Both the position numbers and the translations under genes were made by a program. Shown here piece after piece: positions 39,835-51,168 of a DNA stretch of 64,000 nt. Where the stretch lies: assembly GCA_951406725.2 (NCBI GenBank), contig OX597821.1:61690001-61754000 (forward strand), written 5' to 3'. The notes under the pieces are model-generated. The model worked only from the letters and a program-made list of their open reading frames with translations, did no database searches and was not told where the DNA came from. How positions within the stretch are numbered: position 1 is the stretch's first letter; each line of letters begins with the position of its first letter. This DNA is from Octopus vulgaris (taxonomy: Eukaryota).

Positions 39835-41702
39835 TATATATATAAAGTTAATCCAAACAAGAAAGAACAAAAAAAAAAACAACAACGCGAGGACGTGGAA
39901 CAAATATAGTATTATTGGACGTTCAGGAAAGAAGGAAAGAAGGAGGGTTTAACGTTTCGAGCAGAGCTCTTCGTCGGAAACATAGGAGAAGGAAAGATCC
40001 AGAGAAGGGAAGACAGAGGAAAAAAATCGCCAACGGTACACATGAGGTCACATTTTGAAAGACCGGAAGGAAAGGAGTGAAGAAAGGTGTTTTGAAAGAG
40101 AGAAGAGTAGTTCTGTCAAAGAAAGGAGAATGGTAGAGGATGAGGTATGTGCTTGTAAGTGTGGATATGTGCGTGTGCGGAGGTCTGCGTGAGCGTGTGT
40201 GTGTGTATATGTGCAATGATGACACGTGTGTGTGTGTGAGTGTGTGTGGTTTTATATGTTAAACAAAGCGTGTTTGTAGGGCTAGTAGTGTGAAGGTCGA
40301 GGAAGGAGCGGTGCCTTTGGTCTCTACCACAGGTCAGTACTGCTACTTTGAAGTATGTGTGTGTGTGCGTGTATGTATATGTATTGTGTGTGTTTTGTTT
40401 GTAGTGTGTGTGTGTTCGTGTGTGTATGCGTAGAGTTTGGGTGTGTGGCGAATAACTGTGCTTTACTTAGTGTATGTGTGCGTGTGTGCTTGGACGTGCG
40501 TATGTGTGTATACATTTATGTATAATTGTGTGCGTGTGTATGGGATGTATGTGTGGGTTCATTTGTGTGTGTATGTATGTGCGTGCGTGTCGTATGTGCG
40601 TGTAGTTGTGTGTGCGTGTACGTGTGCGTTTGTATGTGTGTGTAAGCGTATATGGGTGTATATACGTGTAACCGTGGGGTTGTGAGTTTTGGGTGTGTGC
40701 ATTCGTATGCGTGTGTATGTGTGCGCATGTTTTTGTGTGCGTGTGTGTGTGTGTGTGTTTGTGTCTATATGTGTATACGTATGTGTATGTGTGTGTGCGC
40801 GTGTAGGCATATATTGTATGTATGTATCGGTGTGTATTTGAATGCATGTGTGTGTGGGCGTAATGTTCGTGCTGGTGTGTGTGTATGTACGTGTATGTAC
40901 GTCTGTATGTGTGTGCGTGTATTGTGTGCGTATGTACGTGCGTGTATGTGTATGTGCGTGTGTGTGACCGTGGAGATGTGTATCAGGTTGTGTTCATTTT
41001 ATTGTGTGTACGCGCGTGTGCTTGAGTATGTGCGTGTATGTGGCTATGTGTACGTTTATGTGTCTAAAGGTATGCGTGTCTGTGTGTGCTGGATAGGATA
41101 GGTTTCTGTGCATTCTTGTGCGTGTGTGTACGTTTGTGTACGTGTGTGTGTTCACGAGCATATGTGTGTGTGCGCGTGGGTGTGTGTGGGTTTGTGTTTT
41201 TGTGTATGTGTGCGTGTGTGTATGTGTGTGGAAGTATGTGTGCATATATGTGCATGTATGTTGTATGTGTGTGGTGTGTTGGAGGTATGTGTGTGTTCTT
41301 GGATACGTGAGTATGTGTGTGTATGTGTTTCTGTATAAGGACAATAATTTATAAAAACAATAGAATAATAAAAAAACAAAAAAAACAATAAATTATTAAA
41401 ATAATATAAAAGACGTAATAGCACGTAAGGAAAGAAATGAAAAAAAAACAAACAAAAAAAGAAAAGTAGGAAGAAATAAGAAATAAAGTTGCTTGTTGTG
41501 GGAGGTGGAGACGCAGTCACTAAGAGGAGGGGGCTGTGTTGAGCCCGTGCGGGGTGTTAGTCTGTAAAGTGAAAATAAACCGTTGTTCCAATTGAAGCCT
41601 GGATAGTGGAGGTCCGTTGTGTGGGGCAAGACCAAACACAGAGATGTCACCGGGTGAATGGCCGGCCGAGCGGAAGTGACGTGCGACGGGAGAATTGGAA
41701 CG

Positions 41703-41705
<3 letters not shown>
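39835..41705 (-). mobile_element. 5'-truncated PLE: GIY-YIG C-terminus, long cryptic (CA/TG) tract, HHR tail
   Basis: SPVARHFRSAGHSPGDISVFGL..RLQLEQRFIFTLQTNTPHGLN (41520-41705); both ends in (TA)n. Confidence 0.85.
39947..39981 (-). ncRNA. Minimal type I hammerhead (CCGACGA core)
   Basis: gttt-CCGACGA-a-gagc(tct)gctc-GAAA-cgtt-aaac. Confidence 0.65.
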
Positions 41706-41771
<66 letters not shown>

Positions 41772-41789
41772 TATACACATATATATGTA

Positions 41790-43160
41790 GCAACAAAAGA
41801 GGCTATGACATCAATAAAACTTCAGATACCTCTAATCATCAGGAACATCATAAAAACAAAATCAAAATGCTTCCAAATAATTATAAAGATAATGGTAGTG
41901 CAAATAATTGCAGCTGTCGCAAGAAATCAGCATGTCCGCTCAGGAATCACTATATGTGAAAAACATCGTATAAAAATGCACAATCATGACACCACACCAT
42001 AAATACACATACATTGGACCCTCTGAAACCAATTGAAGGTCCGTTATCTCGCAGTTATATCTTCTCATTAAAAAGATACTCCGGCGACACGTAACATCAC
42101 TAGTCGACATAATATGAAGATTAGAAGAAGGAAATATAAAATAAAATATGAAATACAATGGTCAGTAATAAAAAACGCACCTCCATATAATACACTATCC
42201 GGCGTATGTGACTTTGAAGTATCCTCGAGGCATCCTTGTGCATCCGGTTAAGTAACGAACACTTGGTAAACAAGCATGCTGAGAAAATACTGAGATGTTC
42301 CCACCGCGCTAAAAATACGCATGTTCCAGATTCAGCGCAGTGAAATAATAATGATAATTAAGTGAACTCTCTCCCTCTGTCCTTTCCCCGTATCCATGTG
42401 TTCGTTTGTCGGGTTGTATTTCTCTATACATACGTATTCTCGTCCCCGTGTTTGCTATGCATAAATGTACGCAGCGACATAAGTAAAGATATATATGTGT
42501 GTGTGCATGTGTCTGTGTGTGCGCGTGCACACGAGCATCTGTGTGTATATATGCGTGCTCGGGTATCTTTGTGCATATATTTGTATATATGTATGCATGT
42601 GAGTGCGCGTACTTATCTGTTTATTTGTGCGTACGCGTGTATATATATATATAGCTAATGTAGGATGGCCAGCATATCAAAAAATACCTTTAAAGGTTAA
42701 ATTTATAAATAATTTACAATATAAGGGCAAAAGAAAAATTCTAATGCCAAATATGCCGAAAAAAAGACAAAAATTGTCAATTAACCATTATAATTTATAT
42801 TGTAAATTATATATATATATATATATTTCTATCGCTCTGGTCTAACGATCATTCATGTTTGTTTTCGTTCGGTTTCCTTGTATGTCTCCAATGTCCTGTT
42901 TTTCTTCCCAAATTTGACCCTCCATATTTCTTAAAATTTATTTCAGAATTTATGGGAGCAACTGTCTTTGAAGACTCATATTGTCGTTGAATGCTCGAAA
43001 TGAGGAGTAGATTGACAGCCGGTAACTGATGAAGGTTCCCGTTTCTGTGTTTACTTGTCCTGCTTTCTATTTTTCCCTAGTTGTTTGGGTGTTTAACTCG
43101 TTTGTTTACGGAGTTCATGTTGTTTGACCGTTGGTATCGTCCTGTAACCTTATATGCATA
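41790..43160 (+). mobile_element. Degraded PLE 3' fragment(s)
   Basis: NCSCRKKSACPL..YTYIGPSET..IQWSVIKNAPPYNTLSGVCD; degenerate HHR-like sequence at 42963-43040; tail like 3420-3560. Confidence 0.7.
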
Positions 43161-43180
43161 TATATATTATTTATTATCAT

Positions 43181-43211
<31 letters not shown>

Positions 43212-43279
43212 GTATGTGTGTGTGTCTGTGCGTGTGTGTGTGTGTATACATATATGCATATATATATATATATGTGAAC

Positions 43280-43311
<32 letters not shown>

Positions 43312-43759
43312 TTATATTATTTATATATATATGTATTAATATATATGTATATGTGTATGCGTTTGTGTGCGTATGTGTCTGAGCGTTAGTATATATATGG
43401 AAGAATACGTGAACCAAGACGTATGTGTACGTATAGGCGGAATCTTTAATATCAGCTAAAGACAATCGCATGTGTAACCCCCCGTTAAGACCAAATCAAG
43501 ATTACAAAAAATTAGAAAGCCAATTCTTTTGTAACGGCAACTAATTTAACAGTAGCAGAATCACCATCCTACTATATCAACACACTCAAAACAGTTTGTC
43601 AGTGACAACAGAACCTGATAAGCTCAGTGTCTACTACCAAATTCAGGCCATCGAAGACAGAGGATGTTCTTGAAGGCGAAGATTTTTAAGTTACGGAGAC
43701 AATATATACATATAGCCCGAAGAAACACACTAGATCTCACAATGCAGGGAAACAGTTAG

Positions 43760-43815
<56 letters not shown>

Positions 43816-43917
43816 GGAGTAAACACATAAATGTGAAACAAGGTGGAAAAAAGAGTACTCAAATACCAGTGGTAGAGTAATATGCTTTATTTTAAGCAGC
43901 AGAAAATTCAAGAAAAT

Positions 43918-43955
43918 CTGTTACTCTGAGTTTCTCGTTGCCGTTCATCAGACAG
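43918..43955 (-). ncRNA. Type I hammerhead ribozyme motif
   Basis: ctgt-CTGATGA-a-cg(gcaa)cg-a-GAAA-ctc(a)gag-TA-acag. Confidence 0.75.
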
Positions 43956-45380
43956 CTTTTGCTAGAATGGAACATATATATTAATTCAATCTATACTCTT
44001 ACAAACGCTACACCTTTAAAAAGAAATGGACTTGTTTGATTGGCCCTCTAGAAAAAACGGTCAATCTTCGAGCGATAAACAAAAAGGTCAAAAATATATG
44101 TATATAAATATAAAAAACTTATAAAAATTATAAAATCCGAGGAAAAAACCGAGGAAAAAACCTATTGCCGTTAATGAAGACAGTACAAATTAATGCATAG
44201 AAATTAAACCTGTTATAAATAGTGCAATACATATTTATATTAAAATCCACATATATATATCAACATACACAAAGGGATGCGCGTAAACGCCATACATACA
44301 TATACAGACGTATGAATATGAATCTAAATTATACACATAAAAGCATGTGTACATATATTCACGCAAACCGTCTCGCACGCAAGCTAAAATTCATCTATGT
44401 AGCAATTCTCATATACTGAGCAAGGAGGGGGAACGAAAGAAAGGGAAAGAGAGAAAAAAGAAACGAAGGAGGGGTGGGGAAAAAACTTGTAGCGATATTA
44501 AGATTACCTTGATTATTTATATTACATTGATTATTTATAAATGACCCAAAATAGGATGTTGTATTTTATTTTATTTTATTTTATATGTCTTTCGTATATA
44601 TTTTTATTAATGCACCCATTTTTTAAAAGCAATGTTTTTTTTAAAAAAAGCAATGTTGTCAAATTTAGAATGTTTATATAAGTTTGTGTATAGCAAAGCA
44701 TATGTATTTGTAAGCATGCGTATCTGTGTATGTGTAAGTGAAAGTATGCTTGTGCTTAAGCACGCATACACACGACGGTATGTATATGTATCAATTCAAA
44801 CTTGTGTATGTATACTGGCCTCTATAGATGCCAATAATATCGCTACAAGTTTTTTTCCCCACCCCTCCTTCGTTTCTTTTTTCTCTCTTTCCCTTTCTTT
44901 CGTTCCCCCTCCTTGCTCAGTATATGAGAATTGCTACATAGATGAATTTTAGCTTGCGTGCGAGACGGTTTGCGTGAATATATGTACACATGCTTTTATG
45001 TGTATAATTTAGATTCATATTCATACGTCTGTATATGTATGTATGGCGTTTACGCGCATCCTTTTATGTATGTTGATATATATATGTGGATTTTAATATA
45101 AATATGTATTGCAGTATTTATAACAGGTTTAATTTCTATGCATTAATTTGTACTGTCTTCATTAACGGCAATAGGTTTTTTCCTCGGTTTTTTCCTCGGA
45201 TTTTATAACTTTTATAAGTTTTTTATATTTATATACATATATTTTTGACCTTTTTGTTTATCACTCGAAGATTGACCGTTTTTTCTAAAGGGCCAATCAA
45301 ACAAGTCCATTTCTTTTTAAAGGTGTAGCGTTTGTAAGAGTATAGATTGAATTAATATATATGTTCCATTCTAGCAAAAG

Positions 45381-45418
45381 CTGTCTGATGAACGGCAACG
45401 AGAAACTCAGAGTAACAG
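45381..45418 (+). ncRNA. Type I hammerhead ribozyme motif
   Basis: Identical motif to 43918-43955. Confidence 0.75.
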
Positions 45419-45599
45419 ATTTTGTTGAATTTTCTGCTGCTTAAAATAAAGTATATATATATATATATATATACATATGTGTGTGTGTGTGTGATTGGCT
45501 GTGAGTGTTTGTGCGTATAGAGGTATGTATGTGTGTGCGTGTATGGGTGCGTTTGTGTGTGTATGTGTTTGTGAGTGTGTGTCTATGTGCGTGTCTGTA

Positions 45600-45742
45600 T
45601 GTCAGTATCTTGCCACATGGTTCCGGGTCCCGACGAACTGCGTGGTCATTTTGGCAGGTGTCTTCTACTATAGCTTTGCGCAGAATAAACCTTATGAGGG
45701 AATTTAGCAGTCGGCAAACAAGAAAAACCTCTGTATATATGC

Positions 45743-45780
<38 letters not shown>

Positions 45781-45800
45781 GCATATATATACATAAATAC

Positions 45801-45856
<56 letters not shown>

Positions 45857-46297
45857 AATGTGACCGTGTGTGTACCGTTGGCGATTTTTTCCTCTGTCTT
45901 TCCTTCTCTGGATCTTTCCTTCTCCCATGTTTCCGACGAAGAGCTCCGCTCGAAACGTTAAACCCTCCTTCTTTCCTTCTTTCCTGAGCGTCCAATAATA
46001 CTATATTTGTTCCACGTCCTCGCGTTGTTGTGTTTTTTTGTGCTTTCTTGTTTGGGTTAACTAACTATATATATATATATATATGTTTGCGTGTCTGTGT
46101 CTGTTCCTCCCATCATCACTTGACAACCGATGCTGGGGTGGTAACCTCCCCATAATTTAGTGGTTCGGCAAAAGGGCCCGACAGAATACGTACTCGGCTT
46201 GCAAAGAATAAGTTCAGGAATGGATTTACTCGACTAATATCGGTGTTCCAGCATGACCGTATTCAAATAACTGAAATAAACAAAATAATAAAAGAAT
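45600..46297 (+). mobile_element. SINE family A split by a PLE tail inserted in its internal (TA)n
   Basis: SINE 5' part 45600-45735, PLE tail 45851-46066, SINE 3' part 46085-46297. Confidence 0.75.
45929..45963 (+). ncRNA. Minimal type I hammerhead (CCGACGA core)
   Basis: gttt-CCGACGA-a-gagc(tcc)gctc-GAAA-cgtt-aaac. Confidence 0.65.
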
Positions 46298-46309
46298 AGT
46301 CAATTCAAA

Positions 46310-47260
46310 AAGCATAGAGGAAAGAAAAAAAGAAAACGAACGTGTGGGTGTAGCACAAGAGCAGGAAAAGTGTAGTAGTATTACGTTTCGGGCATAGATT
46401 CTCTTCGGAAATAGGAAAAACAGCGAAGTCCATGAAGATGGTGCGGAAAATTGCGAAGTGACCGGAAGTAGAAGTAATGAAGAGAAATTGATTTCTGGGA
46501 CAGAATTATGTGAATATGGTCAGCATCTGTGTGTGCGTGTGCGTGTTTGGTGGCTTGTGTGTGCGTTGGTGTAGTAGCATCTGTGTGTGTGTTGAATCCG
46601 CTCTGAGAGGTCAGCAGCTATAGTGACAGGTGCCTGAATAGGTGGGTACGGCATTATGTGTGTGTGTGTGCATGTGTGCTTAGATAGAGGGTTTATTAGT
46701 GAGTCAGAAGAAGCATATGAAAAGGATGAGAATAGGTGGGTCTGATTGTGTGAATAGGTGGGTATGGTTGTTTGTATGTATGTATGTGTTGGCATTATGC
46801 TTAGACGGAGAGAGAATGTATACATGTGTGTGTGTCTCCATGTGTTTGTGTGGGTATGTGTACGCAGAGGAATGTGTGTGTTGTCGTGTATTACGTGCGT
46901 GTATATGTGTCCATCAGTGTGTATTGGCATATTTGTATTGTGTGTATAGGATTTGGTGTGTGGAGGTATATGTACGTTCGTGTGTGTGTGCGTATGTCTC
47001 TGTGTGTGTGTGTGTGTGTGCATGTGTGTGTGTGCGTATGCACATGTGTATTGGTGCGTGAGGGAGTGCGTATGTATGTGTGTACACACGAGCCGGTGTG
47101 TGTGTGTTGGTGTCTGTATATGCGTGTGGGTGTGTGTGTGGGAAGTGTGTACGGTGTGTGGTATAGGAATATAAAAGATACAAAAATAGAAAATACAGCA
47201 AACAAATAGTGAAAAGCAGAAAATATGAGAATTAAAAATAAATATAAATAATACAATTAA
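46310..47260 (-). mobile_element. Older PLE pseudo-LTR with cryptic (TG)n tract
   Basis: Same layout as 39835-41500; degenerate CCGAAGA..GAAACGTA at 46378-46413. Confidence 0.5.
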
Positions 47261-47409
47261 TTGGTGAAAAACAAAAATTAGAAATTAACAGAAATATAAC
47301 CAGCAACAGAATTAAATAAAAATTATTTTAAAAATATAAAACCGAATGACCATATTCGTAACAAACAAAATGCAACATATCCGGTGTTGTACTAACATAA
47401 TTCAGCATA

Positions 47410-47908
47410 TGAGCTATTGAAGCCATCCTCATCAAAATACAGCCAGATCATTTCTCATGTAAGAGTGACGTGAGGTTTCCGAAGCGACTTCTCTTTGGTC
47501 AACTCCCAACAAGAAGGTCAGATGGGTATCAAAAACAAACTAAAAGACAATCTGATGCGATGCAACAATTCCTTTTCTTCCTTGGATAATGAAGCACCAG
47601 ACCTCAGGACTCAGCTGCAGTCTTGCTTCTCCTCAGTTCAAAGATTTGAGCCAAGTCAACTCCGGGATCAGGACCAACTTTGTACAAGCATGAAAGCACG
47701 CTGGAAAAACGCTGCTCGTCTGAATGGAAACCTTACCTCCAATTGTGGTTTTATGGCACGAAGCAAAGCAGGCCTTGCCGTCCACTCAAGAAAACACATA
47801 GTAAATGATCTGCAAGCACTCGGGCAAAGTGAGTCCTCAACTTGTTCAATTTGCCAAAAGGTTTGCAAGGCACCAGCAAGCCTCAAGAGGCACATGCGTG
47901 CCATAGAC
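47410..47908 (+). mobile_element. RTE-clade LINE 3' fragment with C2H2 fingers
   Basis: IEAILIKIQ..RFPKRLLFGQL..KLKDNL..CGFMARSKAGLAVHSRKH..CSICQKVCKAPASLKRHMRA. Confidence 0.75.
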
Positions 47909-48009
47909 CATTATTACCGCTTTATTTTACTGAACCCTCATTTGCCCGTCACGACGAGAGGACCCATTATATGTGTGTATGTGTGTGTGTGCGTGTGTGC
48001 ATGTATGTG

Positions 48010-48250
48010 TTTGCCTCTGTGTGTGTGTGTGTGTGTCTTTGTGTATGTGTTTCCCTCCTCCCAATCACTGCTTGAGAACCTGTTTTGGTGTGTTATCTCT
48101 ACGTAACTTCAGGGATCAGCGAAAGACACGTATAGAATAAGTACTAGGCTGGGAAAATATTCTCGGCGTTAATTTGTTCTACTAAAACCTTTCAAGGCAG
48201 TACTCCAGCATGGCGACAGTTAAATGACTGAAACAAGTAAAAGAAAGTAA
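48010..48250 (+). mobile_element. SINE family A, 3' half
   Basis: tagaataagtactaggct..ctccagcatggc..gactgaaacaagtaaaag. Confidence 0.75.
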
Positions 48251-48300
48251 AATAAATATCTCTCACTCGCTTTGTCCCTCTTCCTCTCTGTGCCTCCCTC

Positions 48301-48363
<63 letters not shown>

Positions 48364-48429
48364 TTGTAAAAAATGAAGTTCGAAAATGCTGCTATATTAT
48401 ACAATTTTTAATTTTTATATATACATTAT

Positions 48430-48463
48430 AACATGTTTCAGTTCCTGAAATGAACCTTATCAA
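48430..48463 (-). ncRNA. Hammerhead variant with U3-A8 core (solo PLE tail)
   Basis: TTGATAA-ggttc(atttcag)gaact-GAAA-catgtt; lies in a ~130 bp copy of 50190-50317. Confidence 0.45.
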
Positions 48464-48488
48464 AAAAAGTTATATATAAAAAAAAATG

Positions 48489-48663
<175 letters not shown>

Positions 48664-48682
48664 TATATATATATATGTGTAC

Positions 48683-48921
48683 AGGCGCAATGGCCCAGTA
48701 GTTAGGGCAGCGGACTCGCAGTCATAGGATCGCGGTTTCGATTCCCAGACCGGGCGTTGTGGGTGCTTATTGAGCGAAAACACCTAAAAGCTCCACGAGG
48801 CCCCGGCAGGGGATGGTGGTGATCCCTGCTGTACTCTTTCCCCACAACTTTCTTTCACGAGCAGGCTGTTCCGTTGATTCGGATCAACCGGAACCCTCGT
48901 CGTCGTAACCGACGGAGTGCT
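48683..48921 (+). mobile_element. tRNA-derived SINE family D
   Basis: ggcgcaatggcccagtagttagggcagcggactcgcagtc..ggtttcgattccc head followed by a non-tRNA body. Confidence 0.8.
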
Positions 48922-49075
48922 TCCCTTATATATATATATGTGTATATATATATTCAACAATATAAGAAATGGCCATATAGGACATTCGACTCACTAGAAA
49001 GAGCAGCGAAACTCAAACAGCTAAATAGTTGTAATTCTGAAATAGAAAGAGAAATAAAAACGTTTACCCCTTTCA

Positions 49076-49161
49076 TCTCTAGACTATGCATAGTTTCGGC
49101 AAACTTAGGCAAATAAATTAAATTAAATTCATTTACATCTGGCGTGCCTCGTCAGCAGAGA
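49076..49161 (-). ncRNA. Type I hammerhead with long loop II
   Basis: Reverse-complement copy of 49451-49545. Confidence 0.75.
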
Positions 49162-49450
49162 GCCTAGGAAGAGTATATGTCCACGAGGCCATGGTAAAGA
49201 AACCTCCAGTCCATATGCTCTAAATTTTCAAAATTCTACCGCAATCGCGCGGTCTACTCAGCAGCAAATATAGCCAAAAATAGCCTTACATTTATTAATT
49301 AATGATTTTTTGGCTAATTTTGAAAATAAATCAGCAGTTTATATTTGCTGTTGAGTAGACCGCGCGATTGCGGTAGAATTTTGAAAATTTAGAGCATATG
49401 GACTGGAAGCTTCTTTAACATAGCCTCGTAGACATATACTCGTCCTAGGC

Positions 49451-49545
49451 TCTCTGCTGACGAGGCACGCCAGATGTAAATGAATTTAATTTAATTTAAT
49501 TAATTTATTTGCCTAAGTTTGCCGAAACTATGCATAGTCCAGAGA
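49451..49545 (+). ncRNA. Type I hammerhead with long loop II
   Basis: tctctg-CTGACGA-ggca-(52 nt)-tgcc-GAAA-ctatgcatag-TC-cagaga; all core nucleotides, three stems, GUC site. Confidence 0.85.
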
Positions 49546-49754
49546 TGAAAGGGGTAAACGTTTTTATTTCTCTTTCTATTTCAGAATTACAACTATTTAG
49601 CGGTTTGAGTTTGGCTGCTCTTCCTAGTGAGTCGAATGTCCTATATGGCCATTCCTTATATTGTTGAATGTATATTATATAGTCTTTGACTATTTTTTCT
49701 TTCTCACTGGTAGCGGAGAATTTTTTCTAGAATTTTTTGCTACCCTTATATTTA

Positions 49755-49834
<80 letters not shown>

Positions 49835-49874
49835 TATATGTATATATATATGTGTGTATATAGATATATGCATA

Positions 49875-49914
<40 letters not shown>

Positions 49915-50262
49915 CATATATACATACCAGTATACATGAAAATATAATCATTATTAAAGTAACTTTAATATCCAGCAAGAATAAACCACCATAGAGGTAG
50001 AATAAGCATTGGTAGAAATAGTATCATGTATGTTTGCTGTATGTAAAGCTTCACTGAATATTTACATGTAGAGATGTGTGCGGGCGGTGAATATAGGAAG
50101 ATTCTGTCTTGCCTCTACGGAGACCACTAGAGGAATAAAGGATAACTCAAATACACGCACGCGCTCACATGTATATATATATATATATATATATATTTGT
50201 AAAAAATGAAGTTCGAAAATGCTGCTGTATTATACAATTTTTAATTTTTATATATACATTAT

Positions 50263-50296
50263 AACATGTTTCAGTTCCTGAAATGAACCTTATCAA
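50263..50296 (-). ncRNA. Hammerhead variant with U3-A8 core at the PLE 3' end
   Basis: TTGATAA-ggttc..gaact-GAAA-catgtt at the expected pLTR position; stem I weak. Confidence 0.5.
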
Positions 50297-50666
50297 AAAA
50301 AGTTATATATAAAAAAAGACAGCTCATGCCGTCAAACACAAGAAATTCATTTATAATACACAACGGAGTCAGACATCTTAGAGTTCATGTATAGTTGATA
50401 TATAGTTCATGTATAGTTTGAAGTATATGTTCAAAGTGTTCGATGCAGTGGCCCACGGTGGCGATACGTATTCAATACAAAAAACAGATCAAAGTGGTGG
50501 AAAGCGGTCAATACAGAAGATTGATGTTTCCGAAAGAGCGAGGAATTCATTTTTACCTTAAGCAATTGTGATGACCCATGGTGGAAGTTCGCTGGGTGGT
50601 TCTAGTGAGTTTTTGTGAAATGCTCGGTTTTATAATGCCTGTTAGGTGGTCAATCTAGCGTAGCGT

Positions 50667-50998
50667 GACGTCATCAATGTTTTGACCAATCGTTTCGTTA
50701 GGTGGCTTTAATCAAGTAGAACGGGACGTCATCATTATTTTGACCAATCGCTGCATTATAACTCCCTCTCGTTTGTTTCCTGTTTTGACCAGTCGCTTCG
50801 TTAGTCAAGTAGAACGGGACGTCATGCAGATTCTGCCCAATCACGACTTATAGCTACATTAGATCTGCCCCCTGTCTGTACTTGTTAGGTGACTATTCAA
50901 GCAGAAAAGGACGTCATCAATATTCTGACTAATGACTGTCCCCTGTTTGTATCTTGTCCATTCTAGCAGAGCTAGACGTCATCAACTTGTTGACCAAT
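50667..50998. promoter_or_regulatory. Array of five CRE-like GACGTCA / CCAAT pairs in the PLE pseudo-LTR
   Basis: GACGTCA at 50667, 50725, 50818, 50910, 50975, each followed after exactly 12 nt by CCAAT (once CTAAT). Confidence 0.55.
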
Positions 50999-51168
50999 CA
51001 GAATCGGGTCTGACCCTTAGCTGTATCGTATGTATCAGGGTCAGATTTGCACGAAAGAAATTTTTTCCCTTTTTTACTAAGGCATATTTCCGTCAGAGTG
51101 AGTGTCTGTTTGAAGAAGCAGCCGTGGTGGAATTTTGCTTCTCTTTTTCGGAGGACTTATCTTTTGTT

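Larger units (their letters stand above)
43813..45451. mobile_element. Non-coding inverted pseudo-LTR element with two hammerheads (copy 1)
   Basis: 43884-44500 is the reverse complement of ~44835-45451; flanked by (TA)n; same family as 52311-54396. Confidence 0.85.
48952..49757. mobile_element. Inverted pseudo-LTR element with two hammerheads
   Basis: Arms 48952-49272 and 49340-49669, plus a ~90 bp one-sided tail; flanked by (TA)n. Confidence 0.85.

Noticed and set aside
47495-48106. 203 aa ORF with C2H2 zinc fingers as a host ZNF gene
   Set aside because: Upstream motifs identify it as an RTE LINE ORF2 C-terminus running into microsatellite and SINE.
48683-48755. tRNA gene (also at 9026 and 13601)
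   Set aside because: tRNA-like heads continue into SINE bodies and lack a clean cloverleaf.
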